The notes under the pieces are model-generated. The model searched no databases. It saw only the letters and a program-made list of their open reading frames with translations, and had not been told where the DNA came from. The translations under genes and the position numbers were made by a program. Shown here piece by piece: positions 9,782 through 20,712 of a DNA stretch of 64,000 nucleotides (position 1 is its first letter; the number at the start of each line of letters is the position of its first letter). Source of the stretch: Candidatus Bathyarchaeota archaeon. GTDB taxonomy: Archaea; Thermoproteota; Bathyarchaeia; Bathyarchaeales; Bathycorpusculaceae. The stretch spans positions 224,001 through 288,000 of the forward strand of contig CAWEPZ010000009.1 in assembly GCA_963811105.1 (NCBI GenBank), given 5' to 3'.

Positions 9782-10000
9782 TTGGGAGAAAGCATTAAAC
9801 CAAACAAGGGTCCAACGAATGAAAACGGTAATGCTTCTGACTTGTATGACTCCGAGCCAGAAAGGGAAATAATAAAGGATCTTGAAGCTTTTATTAAAGA
9901 AATAGAACGTGAAAACAAAGATGTAGACTGCAATCTACAAGATTCTTGTTACATTGCCAAAAATAGAATGGGTCAATGCCCCTGTGAACTGTACAGATAA
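9782..10000 (+). CDS. small hypothetical protein with C-terminal Cys cluster
   Basis: AGGAG RBS before a TTG start; C-x5-C-x9-C-x-C at the C-terminus. Confidence 0.55.
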   Translation: MGESIKPNKGPTNENGNASDLYDSEPEREIIKDLEAFIKEIERENKDVDCNLQDSCYIAKNRMGQCPCELYR

Positions 10001-10480
10001 AAATAGTTAACATAACCTTATGATAATCAAAGTTGAATTAGTTTGTATCCTAAAAATGACACAATACAATTGAGTGTAACTTGTATTGATTTTCAAGTGC
10101 ACGCTTAAGAGCCCACCTATACGTTAACACCAATTCTTTAATTTTAGCCCCAAATACCCTTGTATCTTTGCTTAACGCTTCATACATTTACTTAGTGTTT
10201 ATTGCAATCAGAGCAACCAGATTATTGTCGGTATCAAAGCTGGCGTGTAAAGCGGCATCGTGGTGAACCATACTTACAAAACCTGCGCTACTTCAGGGTA
10301 AAGAAAATTGTGTCCAGGATAATTACATTATCTTTACCTCAAACTGACTCAGTGCTAATAGAAACAAACAAAAAACTATACTTTGCTTCTGAAATGTAAA
10401 AAAAGAAGAGCTGAGGAATCATCCACTGAATTCGTCAGATACACACATGCGACTAACCTTCTGGAGAAATCGCATAAGCC

Positions 10481-11059
10481 TCATTTTTTGCTTCTTGGTT
10501 TTTCCCACAACTCAAACTTTTCCTTTTTAAGCTCAGTTCTCTTCTTCTGCAAATAATTATATACCGTATGGTGTTGGCAGCCTTCAATAATCATTTGCAC
10601 TGCGTTATGAGCGGTATCAACTTGCTCAAAACTGCCGATTAACCCAACTGTATGACCATAAACCACTACATCTGCCTCAGATAGCTCTTCTATTAGCTTT
10701 CTTGTTTTACCTTCTGCGCCAATTATTCTGCCTTTTATGCGTTTAATGTCTGATTCTGAACGGCCAAAAATTACACGTAAATCGATCAGATCAAAGATTT
10801 CGTCTTCGTCTCGAATTAATCGGAAAGCAACTTCGGGGATGAATCCTCTGCCTATAGCTGTAACAACATCTTTAGCTTTTAAAAGTAAAGATGGGTCCGT
10901 GGATTTTTCTGAAAGTGTAATGGTGATACTGCCTTCAGTGTCTATATCAAGCTTAACTTGAAGCTTCTCCTCAATATACTGCTTAACTTTACCTTCCTCA
11001 CCAATTACAATGCCAACGCGCTCTTTTGGAATCTTTACAAACATGTCTAAATTGGGCAT
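10481..11059 (-). CDS. KH-domain rRNA-processing protein (Dim2/Pno1-like)
   Basis: RVGIVIGEEG, AIGRGF, KGRIIGAEGKTR; typical neighbour of RIO1. Confidence 0.93.
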   Translation of the reverse strand: MPNLDMFVKIPKERVGIVIGEEGKVKQYIEEKLQVKLDIDTEGSITITLSEKSTDPSLLLKAKDVVTAIGRGFIPEVAFRLIRDEDEIFDLIDLRVIFGRSESDIKRIKGRIIGAEGKTRKLIEELSEADVVVYGHTVGLIGSFEQVDTAHNAVQMIIEGCQHHTVYNYLQKKRTELKKEKFELWEKPRSKK

Positions 11060-11061
11060 TC

Positions 11062-11844
11062 TTAACCAACAACCATTTTATGAAATTCTTCAACTGGATA
11101 AACCTTAACGTTTAGCCGACTAAAGAACCTATTCAAATTCGTCAAATCTCTATTCAACATGAAGTCAGCCATCGGATGCTCAACAGAAACTGACTGGGAC
11201 ACGTCAAAAATCACTATTTTTCCCTTCCACATCATAATATTATATTCGCTTAAATCTCCGTGAACAAGTTTAGCTTTTCGGTATAGACGCTTAACATAAG
11301 TAACAAGTAAACGATAAGTCCGCTCAGGATTAGCAGGTGACCGCTCTTTCAGCGATGGAGCACTGACACCCTCTTTCCCGATAAATTCCATGACGACAAC
11401 ATTACTTTTGACGGCGATTGGTTTAGGAACAGGAACTTTTGCTTCTGAAGCTTCTCTTAGATTGCGAAATTCTTTCTGCGCCCAAATGGAAATAAGGGAT
11501 CTTGTGTCCCGCTTTATATTTTTGAAACGTGGGTCTCCTTCAATGTATTTAACCATGCCCTTCTTGAACTCGGCAGATGATGTTAAGTAAATTTTGACAG
11601 CCAAATCCTTGCCTTCTCTGTCGGTACCCCAGTAAACCCGCGCTTCCTTGCCCGAACTCACAACCCCATTAAGCTCATAAAGTACACCCGTATTTAGCAA
11701 GTCAAATACAACCATACGGGTAGTTTGGTCAAAAACCTCTTCCACAGTGGCTCGCTCTTTTGTCATGTCATGTGTTAGCATTTTGTCCCTGCGTTCAATT
11801 CTTCTTTCGGTATGCGCGATGCGTTCTTGGGCTTTTCTAGACAT
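11062..11844 (-). CDS. rio1: RIO1 serine/threonine kinase
   Basis: SSGKEARVY, AVKIY, LVHGDLSEYNI, IFDVSQ. Confidence 0.95.
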   Translation of the reverse strand: MSRKAQERIAHTERRIERRDKMLTHDMTKERATVEEVFDQTTRMVVFDLLNTGVLYELNGVVSSGKEARVYWGTDREGKDLAVKIYLTSSAEFKKGMVKYIEGDPRFKNIKRDTRSLISIWAQKEFRNLREASEAKVPVPKPIAVKSNVVVMEFIGKEGVSAPSLKERSPANPERTYRLLVTYVKRLYRKAKLVHGDLSEYNIMMWKGKIVIFDVSQSVSVEHPMADFMLNRDLTNLNRFFSRLNVKVYPVEEFHKMVVG

Positions 11845-11959
11845 AATATCAAACCATGTTAACAACTATAAAGTATTTAAAACAATTAATCAGCAAACTC
11901 AACAAAACGTATCAGGCAAGCACACTGCCTCGGTGTGTGAATAAGTTAAGAGTTGAAGG

Positions 11960-12265
11960 TTAAAGGGTTAAAATTCCCTTGCGTCTTAACGTATCAGATT
12001 GTGAATGTGTGTAACGCCAGACTACATCGCCGCGCTTGTCACTTTGGAAATCCCAAGGCGCAACAATTACAATATCGCCTTCGCGAATCCAGACACGCCT
12101 TTTCATTTTGCCGCGGATTCTGCACAAACGTTCCGCGCCATCCTGGCATTTTACCATAATACGATCGAACCCAAGAAGTTTAACAACTACACCCAAAACC
12201 TCACCTTGTCCAGGATAAACTAGCTCGCCGATTGCGCCTTCGCTTAACACTTTTTTCTTTCCCAA
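11960..12265 (-). CDS. eif1a: translation initiation factor aIF-1A
   Basis: RLCRIRGKMKRRVWIREGDIVIVAPWDFQ. Confidence 0.97.
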   Translation of the reverse strand: MGKKKVLSEGAIGELVYPGQGEVLGVVVKLLGFDRIMVKCQDGAERLCRIRGKMKRRVWIREGDIVIVAPWDFQSDKRGDVVWRYTHSQSDTLRRKGILTL

Positions 12266-12464
12266 CCAGTAAACCTCGGTTAACTTGAAAAAATATGTCT
12301 AGCTTGCTTAAAAGTGTAGCTTCTACGGCAGATGCTTGATGATTCTTGTGTTGTTTAAACATGTTCCCAACGAGCACATATGGTTGATTAATTCTATCCG
12401 TTCTCACAGTTAAAACTCATATTCTTTAAAAAGGTATGAGCGTTTGATTATGAAGGTTTGAGCC

Positions 12465-13202
12465 ATGAGTATAGTGCGCAAGATTATTAGTCCATTTTAC
12501 AGGGCTTATATGTACATTTTCGAATCCAAAATCATGGCTCACAAGCTGAGAGATTTAGCTGAAAGCTGCGGCAACGACATTGGACGACTGGTTAATCTGA
12601 CATTCAGTTTCGAATACAAGCAAGTCTTTCATAAGTCTTGGGTTAGAAGGTTAAGGCCTTACCAAATTATGTCTGAAATTACTGCGTTGTTGCGAATTGT
12701 ACAAGAATCAAACCCTAAAGTAATCGTTGAAATTGGGACTAGGGGTGGAGGAACGTTGTTTCTCTTTGCTCGCACTACTAATTCTGAAAAAATCATAAGT
12801 ATCGATTTACCTGAAGGACCTTTTGGAGGCGGCTATCCATTTTGGATGGTTCCATTTTTCAAGTCTTTTGGGAGGAAGCAAGTAATCCATCTGATTAGGG
12901 CAGATTCTCACAGTGAAGAGGCTCTTGGAAAATTGAAAACCCAGCTTAAAGGCGGAGAAGTTGATTTCCTGTTCATAGACGGAGACCATACATATCATGG
13001 GGTTAAGCAGGATTTTCATATGTACTCTCCTCTGGTTAGAAAAGGCGGAATTGTGGCTTTCCATGATATTGTTGCGCATGACCTAAAAGATGGTTGCGAA
13101 GTAGATAAGTTCTGGAATGAAGTGAAAGTAGGTTACCGCAACGTTGAGATTGTTGAGAGACAGAATCAAAAATGCGCTGGAATAGGTGTATTATATTTCT
13201 AG
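12465..13202 (+). CDS. class I SAM-dependent methyltransferase (Methyltransf_24-like)
   Basis: VEIGTRGGGT, DFLFIDGDHTY, GGIVAFHDI. Confidence 0.88.
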   Translation: MSIVRKIISPFYRAYMYIFESKIMAHKLRDLAESCGNDIGRLVNLTFSFEYKQVFHKSWVRRLRPYQIMSEITALLRIVQESNPKVIVEIGTRGGGTLFLFARTTNSEKIISIDLPEGPFGGGYPFWMVPFFKSFGRKQVIHLIRADSHSEEALGKLKTQLKGGEVDFLFIDGDHTYHGVKQDFHMYSPLVRKGGIVAFHDIVAHDLKDGCEVDKFWNEVKVGYRNVEIVERQNQKCAGIGVLYF

Positions 13203-13545
13203 TTAATCAATTTCATTCCTGATAGAAAGCGCAAACTTTGTGATATCTATAGCGATGTTTGGGATTTAGATAGAAGAGATACACAATTTATCTTATTTGA
13301 GGTCGGACAGTTTAGAGGTTTCTCTGCGAGTAGGCATTATTATCGCGAGCTTAGTTTGCTTAAAAGCGCGTTCATAAAAGCTAACCGATTAATAAGATTC
13401 TGTGTCGTGTTGGACCGATTTCTTTTAAGCATCCAGAAAAGAATTTGCAAGTTCCAGAAAGCGGCAGTGGAATAAAAGCCCCAGAAAATTTAATGTAAGT
13501 TTAAATGTTTTCATCGAATAATCATTTCAATGGTGCAGCGTCCAA

Positions 13546-14361
13546 GTGTCTTATTACTTTAACATACCTTACCGAAACAACCCTAAACTCAAAGCGGTAA
13601 TGGAACGAATAAAAGAAGATAAGAAATTGAAATCCTATTGGAAATGCGCTAATGTCATGGCAATAGAGCGCATGGGCTACACAGATCATGGCCCAACACA
13701 CGTTAAAATTGTTTCTAACCTTGCTTTGAAGCTTCTTCGTATTCTTACAGAAAAAAAACTCATTACTCCAAGCATTGTAGAAAATTACTTTATGCAAAAT
13801 GACGACGCTGAAGTAGTTGTTGTTTTAAGCTCAATTTTTCATGATTTAGGCATGATTGTTCAAAGATACAATCACCAAGTTTTCAGTGGATTTTTAGCTT
13901 TAGAATTTCTTGAAAAATGCTTAAGCCCAACTTACAGCGAAGAAGAGCGAGCAATAATAACTTCAGAAGTTTTGCATGCCATAGTGTCCCACGAACAGCC
14001 CGTAAGCATAGAGGCAACCCACAGGATATTAACCAAGGAAGCAGGCATAGTTGGCATCGCAGACGCCTTAGATATGGAAGCAGGAAGAGCAAGAATACCC
14101 TTTCAAGCAGGAAAAATTGACATACATGCAGTATCAGCACTTTCAATTGAAAAAGTCGAGATAGAAGTGTTGGAAGACGTTGAAGTTGGGAAAAAACCCA
14201 TAAACATTAAAATTAAAATGTCAAATTCAGCAGGCGTTTTCCAAATTGACGAGCTTCTTAAGCCAAGAATCGTTAACTCTGGGCTTGAACAATTCTTCCA
14301 TGTAATTGCCGAAATCACGGGCGAAAAGGAAAACCGAATTATAGAAAAATTCGAAATCTAA
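13546..14361 (+). CDS. HD-domain phosphohydrolase
   Basis: GYTDHGPTH, FHDLG, IADALDMEAGRAR. Confidence 0.9.
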   Translation: MSYYFNIPYRNNPKLKAVMERIKEDKKLKSYWKCANVMAIERMGYTDHGPTHVKIVSNLALKLLRILTEKKLITPSIVENYFMQNDDAEVVVVLSSIFHDLGMIVQRYNHQVFSGFLALEFLEKCLSPTYSEEERAIITSEVLHAIVSHEQPVSIEATHRILTKEAGIVGIADALDMEAGRARIPFQAGKIDIHAVSALSIEKVEIEVLEDVEVGKKPINIKIKMSNSAGVFQIDELLKPRIVNSGLEQFFHVIAEITGEKENRIIEKFEI

Positions 14362-14379
14362 ATTTTTGAGGCAACAAGG

Positions 14380-16105
14380 TTGATTCATAATTATGATGTA
14401 GTAATAGTTGGCGGTGGAATCGCAGGATTATACACGGCTTTAACGGCGGCTGAGCAGTGTCGAGTTGCTGTTGTCAGCAAAGTGCATGTTACACGATCTC
14501 ACTCTGTTGCTGCGCAGGGCGGCATTGCTGCAAGTCTTGGCAACGAGGAAGAGGATCATTGGAAATGGCACATGTATGACACGATTAAAGGCAGCGATTA
14601 CCTTGCTGACCAAGATGCTGTGGAGGTTTTAACAAAAGAAGCGCCAAACCAGATAATTGCACTTGAGCACATGGGCGTACCATTTACTCGCAATGCAGAA
14701 GGCAAGATTGAGCAACGCAGGTTCGGCGGTCATACAAGAAACAATGGGCAATCGCCTGTTAAACGGGCTTGTTATGTTTCCGACCGCACAGGTAGGGCGA
14801 TTATGGATACGCTCTTCGACAAGTGTCTATCAAAGGGTGTGGATATGTATCATGAAGTTTTCGTCTTACAACTGCTTTTCTCGGGCAACCACTGCTGCGG
14901 GGTGGCTGGTTACGATATTGCTAACAGCAAGACACATATTTTCCATGTCAAAAGCCGTAGTGTTAGCCACAGGTGGCTGCGGAAAGATCTTTAAAATCAC
15001 ATCCAACGGATTTGCATCCACAGGCGACGGTTTCGCGTTAGCGTTAGATTCTCTCGTTCCGCTTCAGGACATGGAGTTTGTTCAGTTTCACCCTACAGGG
15101 ATTTACGGGCTTGGTATCCTTATTAGCGAAGCTGCCCGAGCAGAAGGAGGAGTATTGCTCAACGGTGTTGGGGAGCGATTTATGGAACGATATGCGCCAA
15201 ATTTGAAGGATCTGGCGCCACGCGATATTATTTCAAGGGCAATACTTACGGAGATAGGTGAGGGCAGAGGCGTCGACGGAAAAGACTACGTACATTTGGA
15301 TCTTCGAGGCATAGGCAAAGAACAATTAAGCCAAAAACTACCTGAAATCTCATCCTTCATCAAAACCTACTTAGGAACTGACCCAAGCGAGAAGCTTATT
15401 CCAGTCGCTCCCACATGCCACTACATAATGGGAGGCATCCCCACCGATAGTGAAGGACACGTCTTTACTACCGAAGCAGATGGCATTCTGTCTGGACTTT
15501 TCGCGGTTGGAGAATGTGCATGTGTTAGCGTTCATGGAGCAAACCGTTTAGGATGCAACTCGCTCATTGACCTTGTTGTTTTTGGACGCAGAACAGGGCT
15601 AAGTGTTGTTAAACATGCGAAAGAAAAAGAGTTGCCTCTTCTTCCCCAACAAGCCGAAAACATCCTGCTTGATAAAATCAACACTTTATTAGACTCTCGG
15701 GGTAGCGAGCGCGTGCCAGCTTTGCGTAGTGAAATGCAGTGTTTGATGGCTGAGAAATGTAGCGTTTTCCGAAATAATGAAGGACTTCAAGAATCACTAA
15801 ATGAAATTTGCCAGCTTCAAAAGCGATATTTAAATGTAGGTTTAGCTAATAAAAGTAAAATTTTCAATTATGATCTGCAGGAAGCTTTTGAGCTTGACAA
15901 TATGCTAAAAACGGCGGAAGCTATAGTTTTCTCAGCTCTTCAGCGGAAGGAAAGCCGTGGTGCGCATTATCGGAGCGACTTTCCTGGGAGAAATGATGAA
16001 GAATGGTTGCGACATACCCTTGTTAGTGTGGTGCCAGAAGGGTTGGTTGCTACCTATAAGCCAATATCTATTACCCGATTTTCTCCCCAAGAAAGGAGGT
16101 ATTAA
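14380..16105 (+). CDS. sdhA: succinate dehydrogenase/fumarate reductase flavoprotein subunit (single frameshift near 14950)
   Basis: RSHSVAAQGG, RRFGG, EFVQFHPTG, HYIMGG, SVHGANRLG and ESRGAH motifs, split across two track ORFs. Confidence 0.92.
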
Positions 16106-16106
16106 A

Positions 16107-16832
16107 ATGAAGGTTAAAATGAAAATTCACCGATTCAACCCCGAAACAGACAAGGTGCCATACTACGACGTTTTTGAGGTAGACGCCCAAGCCAACGACC
16201 GCATTCTTGATTGCCTAAACAAAATCCGGTGGGAACAAGATAGCAGCTTATCTTACCGAATGTCTTGTGCTCATGGCGTCTGCGGCTCTGATGCTGTAAG
16301 CATAAACGGCATTCCCGCTTTAGCATGCCAAAAACTCGTCAAAGATTATGACTATTCAAAGGTGCTTGTTATTGAGCCTTTGAGGTATTTTCCAGTAATA
16401 AAAGACCTAATTGTTGACATGAGACTCTTTTTTAGAAGAATAAAGGCTATACAACCAAACACACCTCAGCAACTAACTGATGACCTTCCGGAGAAGGAAC
16501 GGCTGCAAACCGTTGATGAGCGAAGCAGAATTGATGATGCCATCAAATGTATTTTATGCGGTTGCTGCGTCGCAGCTTGCCCAGTTATTTTGGAACAGGA
16601 ACCACAGTTTATAGGCCCAGCCGCCTTATTGAGGGAGCAGAAGTACATTTTTGATTCTCGGGCAACGGATGTAATTGGGCGCATGCGCGTTTTGGAGAAA
16701 CCTTATGGGATTTGGGGTTGCAAAAGCTACTTTATGTGCACGATTGTGTGTCCAAAGAACATTAAAGTGACTGAGGCGATAATTAAGACTAAGAAGAAAA
16801 TAATTCGTGAACTTCACCCCGAAACTGTCTGA
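16107..16832 (+). CDS. sdhB: succinate dehydrogenase/fumarate reductase Fe-S subunit
   Basis: SCAHGVCGSD, CILCGCCVAACP, CKSYFMCTIVCPK; GGAGGT RBS. Confidence 0.93.
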   Translation: MKVKMKIHRFNPETDKVPYYDVFEVDAQANDRILDCLNKIRWEQDSSLSYRMSCAHGVCGSDAVSINGIPALACQKLVKDYDYSKVLVIEPLRYFPVIKDLIVDMRLFFRRIKAIQPNTPQQLTDDLPEKERLQTVDERSRIDDAIKCILCGCCVAACPVILEQEPQFIGPAALLREQKYIFDSRATDVIGRMRVLEKPYGIWGCKSYFMCTIVCPKNIKVTEAIIKTKKKIIRELHPETV

Positions 16833-16848
16833 GAGAGGCAACAGCAAC

Positions 16849-18243
16849 ATGGAAACAAGAAAAGAAGTAGACCCATTAGGCGAAAGACTCATCCCTAAAA
16901 ACGTCTATTTTGGTATTCAAACGCTTCGGGCAACCGAGAATTTTCCCGTAAGCGGAATCAAAGAACCCAGCCAGTTCATCAAAGCTTACGTGATTATTAA
17001 AAAAGCAGCAGCAATCGCCAATTACCAAGTCGGCTGTCTAGATGACAAAAAAGCAAAAGCCATCACAGCTGCCTGTGATGAGGTGTTAGCTGGCAAACTC
17101 ATCGACCAATTCGTGGTTGACGTCTTCCAGGCTGGCGCTGGGACTTCTTTTAATATGAATGTTAACGAGGTTTTAGCAAATAGGGCATTAGAAATACTTG
17201 GGGGGCAGAAGGGTGACTACAAAACCGTCAGCCCAAACGATCATGTAAACATGGGACAGTCAACCAACGACACTTTTCCAACAGCGCTCCACGTGTCTGT
17301 TCTCATAGCTTTGCAGCCTTTACTTAGTGCATTAGATGGGCTAGCAGAAGCCTTCAACGATTTGGGAAGAAAATATGCTAACATTTTGAAATCAGGCAGA
17401 ACACATCTGCAAGACGCCGTCCCTGTCACCATCGGGCAAGAGTTTACGGCTTACGGTTCAGCAGTTGCAAACGCCTGCGCTGAACTGCGAAGGAGGCAGG
17501 AAAATCTTTACCCGGTAGCGTTAGGCGGGACAGCAGTTGGAACAGGAGTTAATGCACATCCCAAATACAAGAAGTTGGTAATAGCAGAACTATCGAAAAT
17601 TACAGGGTTTCCGCTTAAACCTGCGGAAAACAATTTTGAGGCACTGCAAAGCCATCGAGCAGCACAGACGGTTTCAAGCGGACTCAAAGAATTAGCCCTT
17701 GAGCTGATACGCATAGCAAATGACCTGCGACTTCTGGCTTCAGGCCCCACAACGGGTCTTAATGAGATTGTGCTGCCGTCTGTGCAACCTGGCTCATCAA
17801 TTATGCCGGGAAAAGTGAACCCGGTGATGGCTGAATGCCTAGATATGGTGGCTTATCAAGTGGTTGGCAACGATTTAGCGACTTCCTATGCGGTTCAAGC
17901 TGGACAACTGGAACTAAACGTCATGACGCCCGCCATAGCCTACAATATGCTGCTCTCCATCAAAATCTTAGCCAATTACATTCCGATCTTTACCCAAAAA
18001 TGCGTCCGAGGCATAACCGTCAACGAAAAGCAATGTAATCAGTACCTCGACAAGAACCCGTCGTTGGCAACACTTTTGGCACCGTACATCGGCTACATGG
18101 AAGCAGCTAAAATCGCCAAACAAGCTCAACTAGAAAATCGCTCTGTAAAAGAAATCGCGCTTGAGAAGAAATTGCTAAAGCCAGAGGAAATTGATGAAGA
18201 TATTCAGCCGAAAAAACCTTTTAAACGAATAGAAATGGGTTAG
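16849..18243 (+). CDS. class II fumarase / aspartate ammonia-lyase family protein (probable indel near the C-terminus)
   Basis: GRTHLQDA and the GSSIMPGKVNP signature. Position after sdhAB favours fumarase. Confidence 0.9.
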   Translation: METRKEVDPLGERLIPKNVYFGIQTLRATENFPVSGIKEPSQFIKAYVIIKKAAAIANYQVGCLDDKKAKAITAACDEVLAGKLIDQFVVDVFQAGAGTSFNMNVNEVLANRALEILGGQKGDYKTVSPNDHVNMGQSTNDTFPTALHVSVLIALQPLLSALDGLAEAFNDLGRKYANILKSGRTHLQDAVPVTIGQEFTAYGSAVANACAELRRRQENLYPVALGGTAVGTGVNAHPKYKKLVIAELSKITGFPLKPAENNFEALQSHRAAQTVSSGLKELALELIRIANDLRLLASGPTTGLNEIVLPSVQPGSSIMPGKVNPVMAECLDMVAYQVVGNDLATSYAVQAGQLELNVMTPAIAYNMLLSIKILANYIPIFTQKCVRGITVNEKQCNQYLDKNPSLATLLAPYIGYMEAAKIAKQAQLENRSVKEIALEKKLLKPEEIDEDIQPKKPFKRIEMG

Positions 18244-18300
18244 CGTCTGAAAAATGCGGTAGAAAACCTTCAGAAAATTCACCGAAATGAGTGTTATGAC

Positions 18301-19683
18301 TTAACCTGCAGTTCCATAGCCACCAACGGTAACCATAGCGTTTGTTGAGTCTTGGTTTGATTTTGCGTCAACTAAAACTGCCCAAATGATATTTTGTGAA
18401 GGATACAGCGTCATCATGTCGTCATCACTTAGCCAAAGTGCTTGGTTGCCGCTAAATGTTTTTTCCACCCCACCTGAAATCACGTTGTCAACGTATTCAA
18501 AGCGAACCCTAACTGTAATGACTTCGCCACTTGCAAGGTTGCTGACTTCAATTTTCGGCTTGAAACTGTACATTTTCATGGGGGCCGTTTGGATGCTTAT
18601 GCTATCAGTGTACTGGTTGTTTGTTCCTATGGGAACAGTCTGGTTTGCTTTTTCGAAGGCGCTGCCGATGCCTGAAATCCACTTGCTAAAAGGGTTATAA
18701 ATCCGGGCGGTCCAGTTGCCGAGGAAACTTACACCGCCATCCACGATTGGCGCAGGATTGCATGTTTCACCTAAATCAAGCGCATATATGCTGTTGGACT
18801 GGTCAGCGAATGATTCGAACACAACTCCTTGCAGTAGGGTTTGATCCATTGAGCCATTGTTTAGGATACCTATCTGGTTTGTTTTGCCGTCTTGTCCTAG
18901 CCAGAAGCGGACATCTTGCAGTTGGCTATCTGAAAGTTGAGCTAACGATTCAACTATGATGCCAATGCTGTTGTCGCGGATGTTGAAGGAACAGCGGTTG
19001 ATTTCAGAGCTGGCGTATGAACCTGTACCGTTACTTCCTGGAGTTCGGAAAGCTATCCCTTCTGATGCGTTTATGAATTGACAATTATCTATTTTATTAT
19101 ATTCACTCCATGTATTGATGTTTGCGAATTCTATGCCTGTGGATGTATTCTCAAAGATCATGTTTGATATCGTAGTTGTAAAAGAATCTTCGATTCTTAT
19201 GGTCGCGTTTATGAGTGTTAAGCCTGAGATGATTGCGTATTTTGATGCGGTATAGTTGTCGCCGCGAATGATAATTTTGAAGCCGTTTCCTATGATTGTT
19301 GCTCCGTCGCTGACGATTTTAGCGTTTATTTTGTTTGCTACCAAAACGTTTTGTGTTAGCTTGTAGGAGCCAGGATTAATGTATACGGATTTTCCTTCAG
19401 ACATCAAAATATTAATTGCGTAGGACAAGCTTGTCGGCACGGTTGTTGTTGAACCAGTTAACATGTTCTTTAGCAGGCAGCCGCTACCATCTTGAGAAAC
19501 CACATAATCATAATTAACAGCGCTGGTATCTGGTGGGCCACTGGTTCGTTCAAAAATCAAGAAAGTATTGATTGCTGACAGAGCAAACAACACTACAAGA
19601 ATGACAACAAGGAAACGTTTGGAGACAGTTACTTGTGAGTTAACTTTCATCTTGCTGGGGCTCAAGCGGGTTTTAAAGTACAT
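18301..19683 (-). CDS. membrane-anchored or secreted protein with probable parallel beta-helix
   Basis: N-terminal hydrophobic helix, VYINPGSY, Asn/Ile-rich repeats. Confidence 0.6.
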   Translation of the reverse strand: MYFKTRLSPSKMKVNSQVTVSKRFLVVILVVLFALSAINTFLIFERTSGPPDTSAVNYDYVVSQDGSGCLLKNMLTGSTTTVPTSLSYAINILMSEGKSVYINPGSYKLTQNVLVANKINAKIVSDGATIIGNGFKIIIRGDNYTASKYAIISGLTLINATIRIEDSFTTTISNMIFENTSTGIEFANINTWSEYNKIDNCQFINASEGIAFRTPGSNGTGSYASSEINRCSFNIRDNSIGIIVESLAQLSDSQLQDVRFWLGQDGKTNQIGILNNGSMDQTLLQGVVFESFADQSNSIYALDLGETCNPAPIVDGGVSFLGNWTARIYNPFSKWISGIGSAFEKANQTVPIGTNNQYTDSISIQTAPMKMYSFKPKIEVSNLASGEVITVRVRFEYVDNVISGGVEKTFSGNQALWLSDDDMMTLYPSQNIIWAVLVDAKSNQDSTNAMVTVGGYGTAG

Positions 19684-19837
19684 CTAAAGAGTCAACGTTA
19701 ATTAAATTTTGTCTAACAACCGACGAAAACCTAAAATTGCCTAAATTTATCTTTCAGTTAAGGTGCTCCTAAGCAATACAATCTTGCTTTGTGGTAGCGA
19801 TTCTAAGAATAGTTCACTAAGGCAGTTAAATAATTAA

Positions 19838-20134
19838 TCAAAGCTTCACTATTTGAGCGTGAGGGATTCCTTCAATGTTGAGGACAGCGTCGGGGTGAAC
19901 GTAACCCTTGGCTATGGCTTGCTCTACACAACATTTGCCTATCATGTTAACTATGGTTGAATTATCAATCATACCCATAGCTTCCTCAACAGTCGCCTTT
20001 CGACCGTTATAAAACTCTTCTTTAACGTGGAAAACAATTTTTCCTTCCCTAAGAGTACGGCCAAGCAATTCGCAGTCGCAAACTGCCAAGAGAACGTTTC
20101 TGCCTATCTGTTTGAGGTGCACGTAGACTGCCAA
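19838..20134 (-). CDS. DUF424 family protein
   Basis: LLAVCDCELLG, FYNG, IEGIPHAQ; adjacent to aIF-2beta. Confidence 0.9.
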   Translation of the reverse strand: MAVYVHLKQIGRNVLLAVCDCELLGRTLREGKIVFHVKEEFYNGRKATVEEAMGMIDNSTIVNMIGKCCVEQAIAKGYVHPDAVLNIEGIPHAQIVKL

Positions 20135-20146
20135 TTTTTAGCCTTC

Positions 20147-20557
20147 TCATAGCTGTTTGATTGATGATTTTGCCCCACAAGCATTGCAAACTAGAAAAGA
20201 TAGGCGTTTTTCTTTAACAATTCTGGTATCGGGTCGTTTGCACACAGGACAAACAACATAACTCTCCAGATACCGCTGTAGCAATCGCTCGAAACTATCG
20301 AAACGGAACTTACCTTGAAAGATGGCTCTTGAATCTTGAAATGTCGCCGCCGTGGCCATTTCGCGGGTTAAAAATTTCAGCACATGCTGAGGGTCTCGAT
20401 CCAAAGCATCTGATACTTCTTTAAAATTAGAAATTATAGTTCGCATGCCTACTGTGTTAACCATTAATCTTGGCAGTTCTAAGCGCTCACGTTTTGCTGA
20501 AACTTCAGGCATCTGTGCGCATGCCTTTTTTAGTAAGTCATCATAATTAAAGGACAT
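20147..20557 (-). CDS. eif2b: translation initiation factor aIF-2 beta
   Basis: RDPQHVLKFL and the CPVCKRPDT...CNACGA zinc ribbon. Confidence 0.96.
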   Translation of the reverse strand: MSFNYDDLLKKACAQMPEVSAKRERLELPRLMVNTVGMRTIISNFKEVSDALDRDPQHVLKFLTREMATAATFQDSRAIFQGKFRFDSFERLLQRYLESYVVCPVCKRPDTRIVKEKRLSFLVCNACGAKSSIKQL

Positions 20558-20712
20558 ATTAAACAGCTCATCTAATCATTAATGTACCATATATTTAAAA
20601 ATTATAATTCTACACCGCTATTTTAACATAGGAGAATCATATATTTCTAACAGCAAATCATTAGTAATTCGAAATGACATGAAGAGTAACTCTAACCTGA
20701 GGGGCTAATTAG

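Noticed and set aside
10202-10399. 65-aa ORF and many other short track ORFs antisense to real genes
   Set aside because: No RBS or recognisable motif, or fully nested opposite confident CDSs.
14940-14960. Programmed frameshift or true pseudogene in sdhA
   Set aside because: No slippery heptamer. Similar single indels occur near 18196, 29188 and 40189 in otherwise intact genes, so assembly error is more likely. Needs a read check.
15957-16106. Long N-terminal extension of sdhB (also track extensions at 16807, 27736 and 42030)
   Set aside because: They overlap upstream genes or non-coding DNA, and better starts with RBS or domain boundaries lie downstream.
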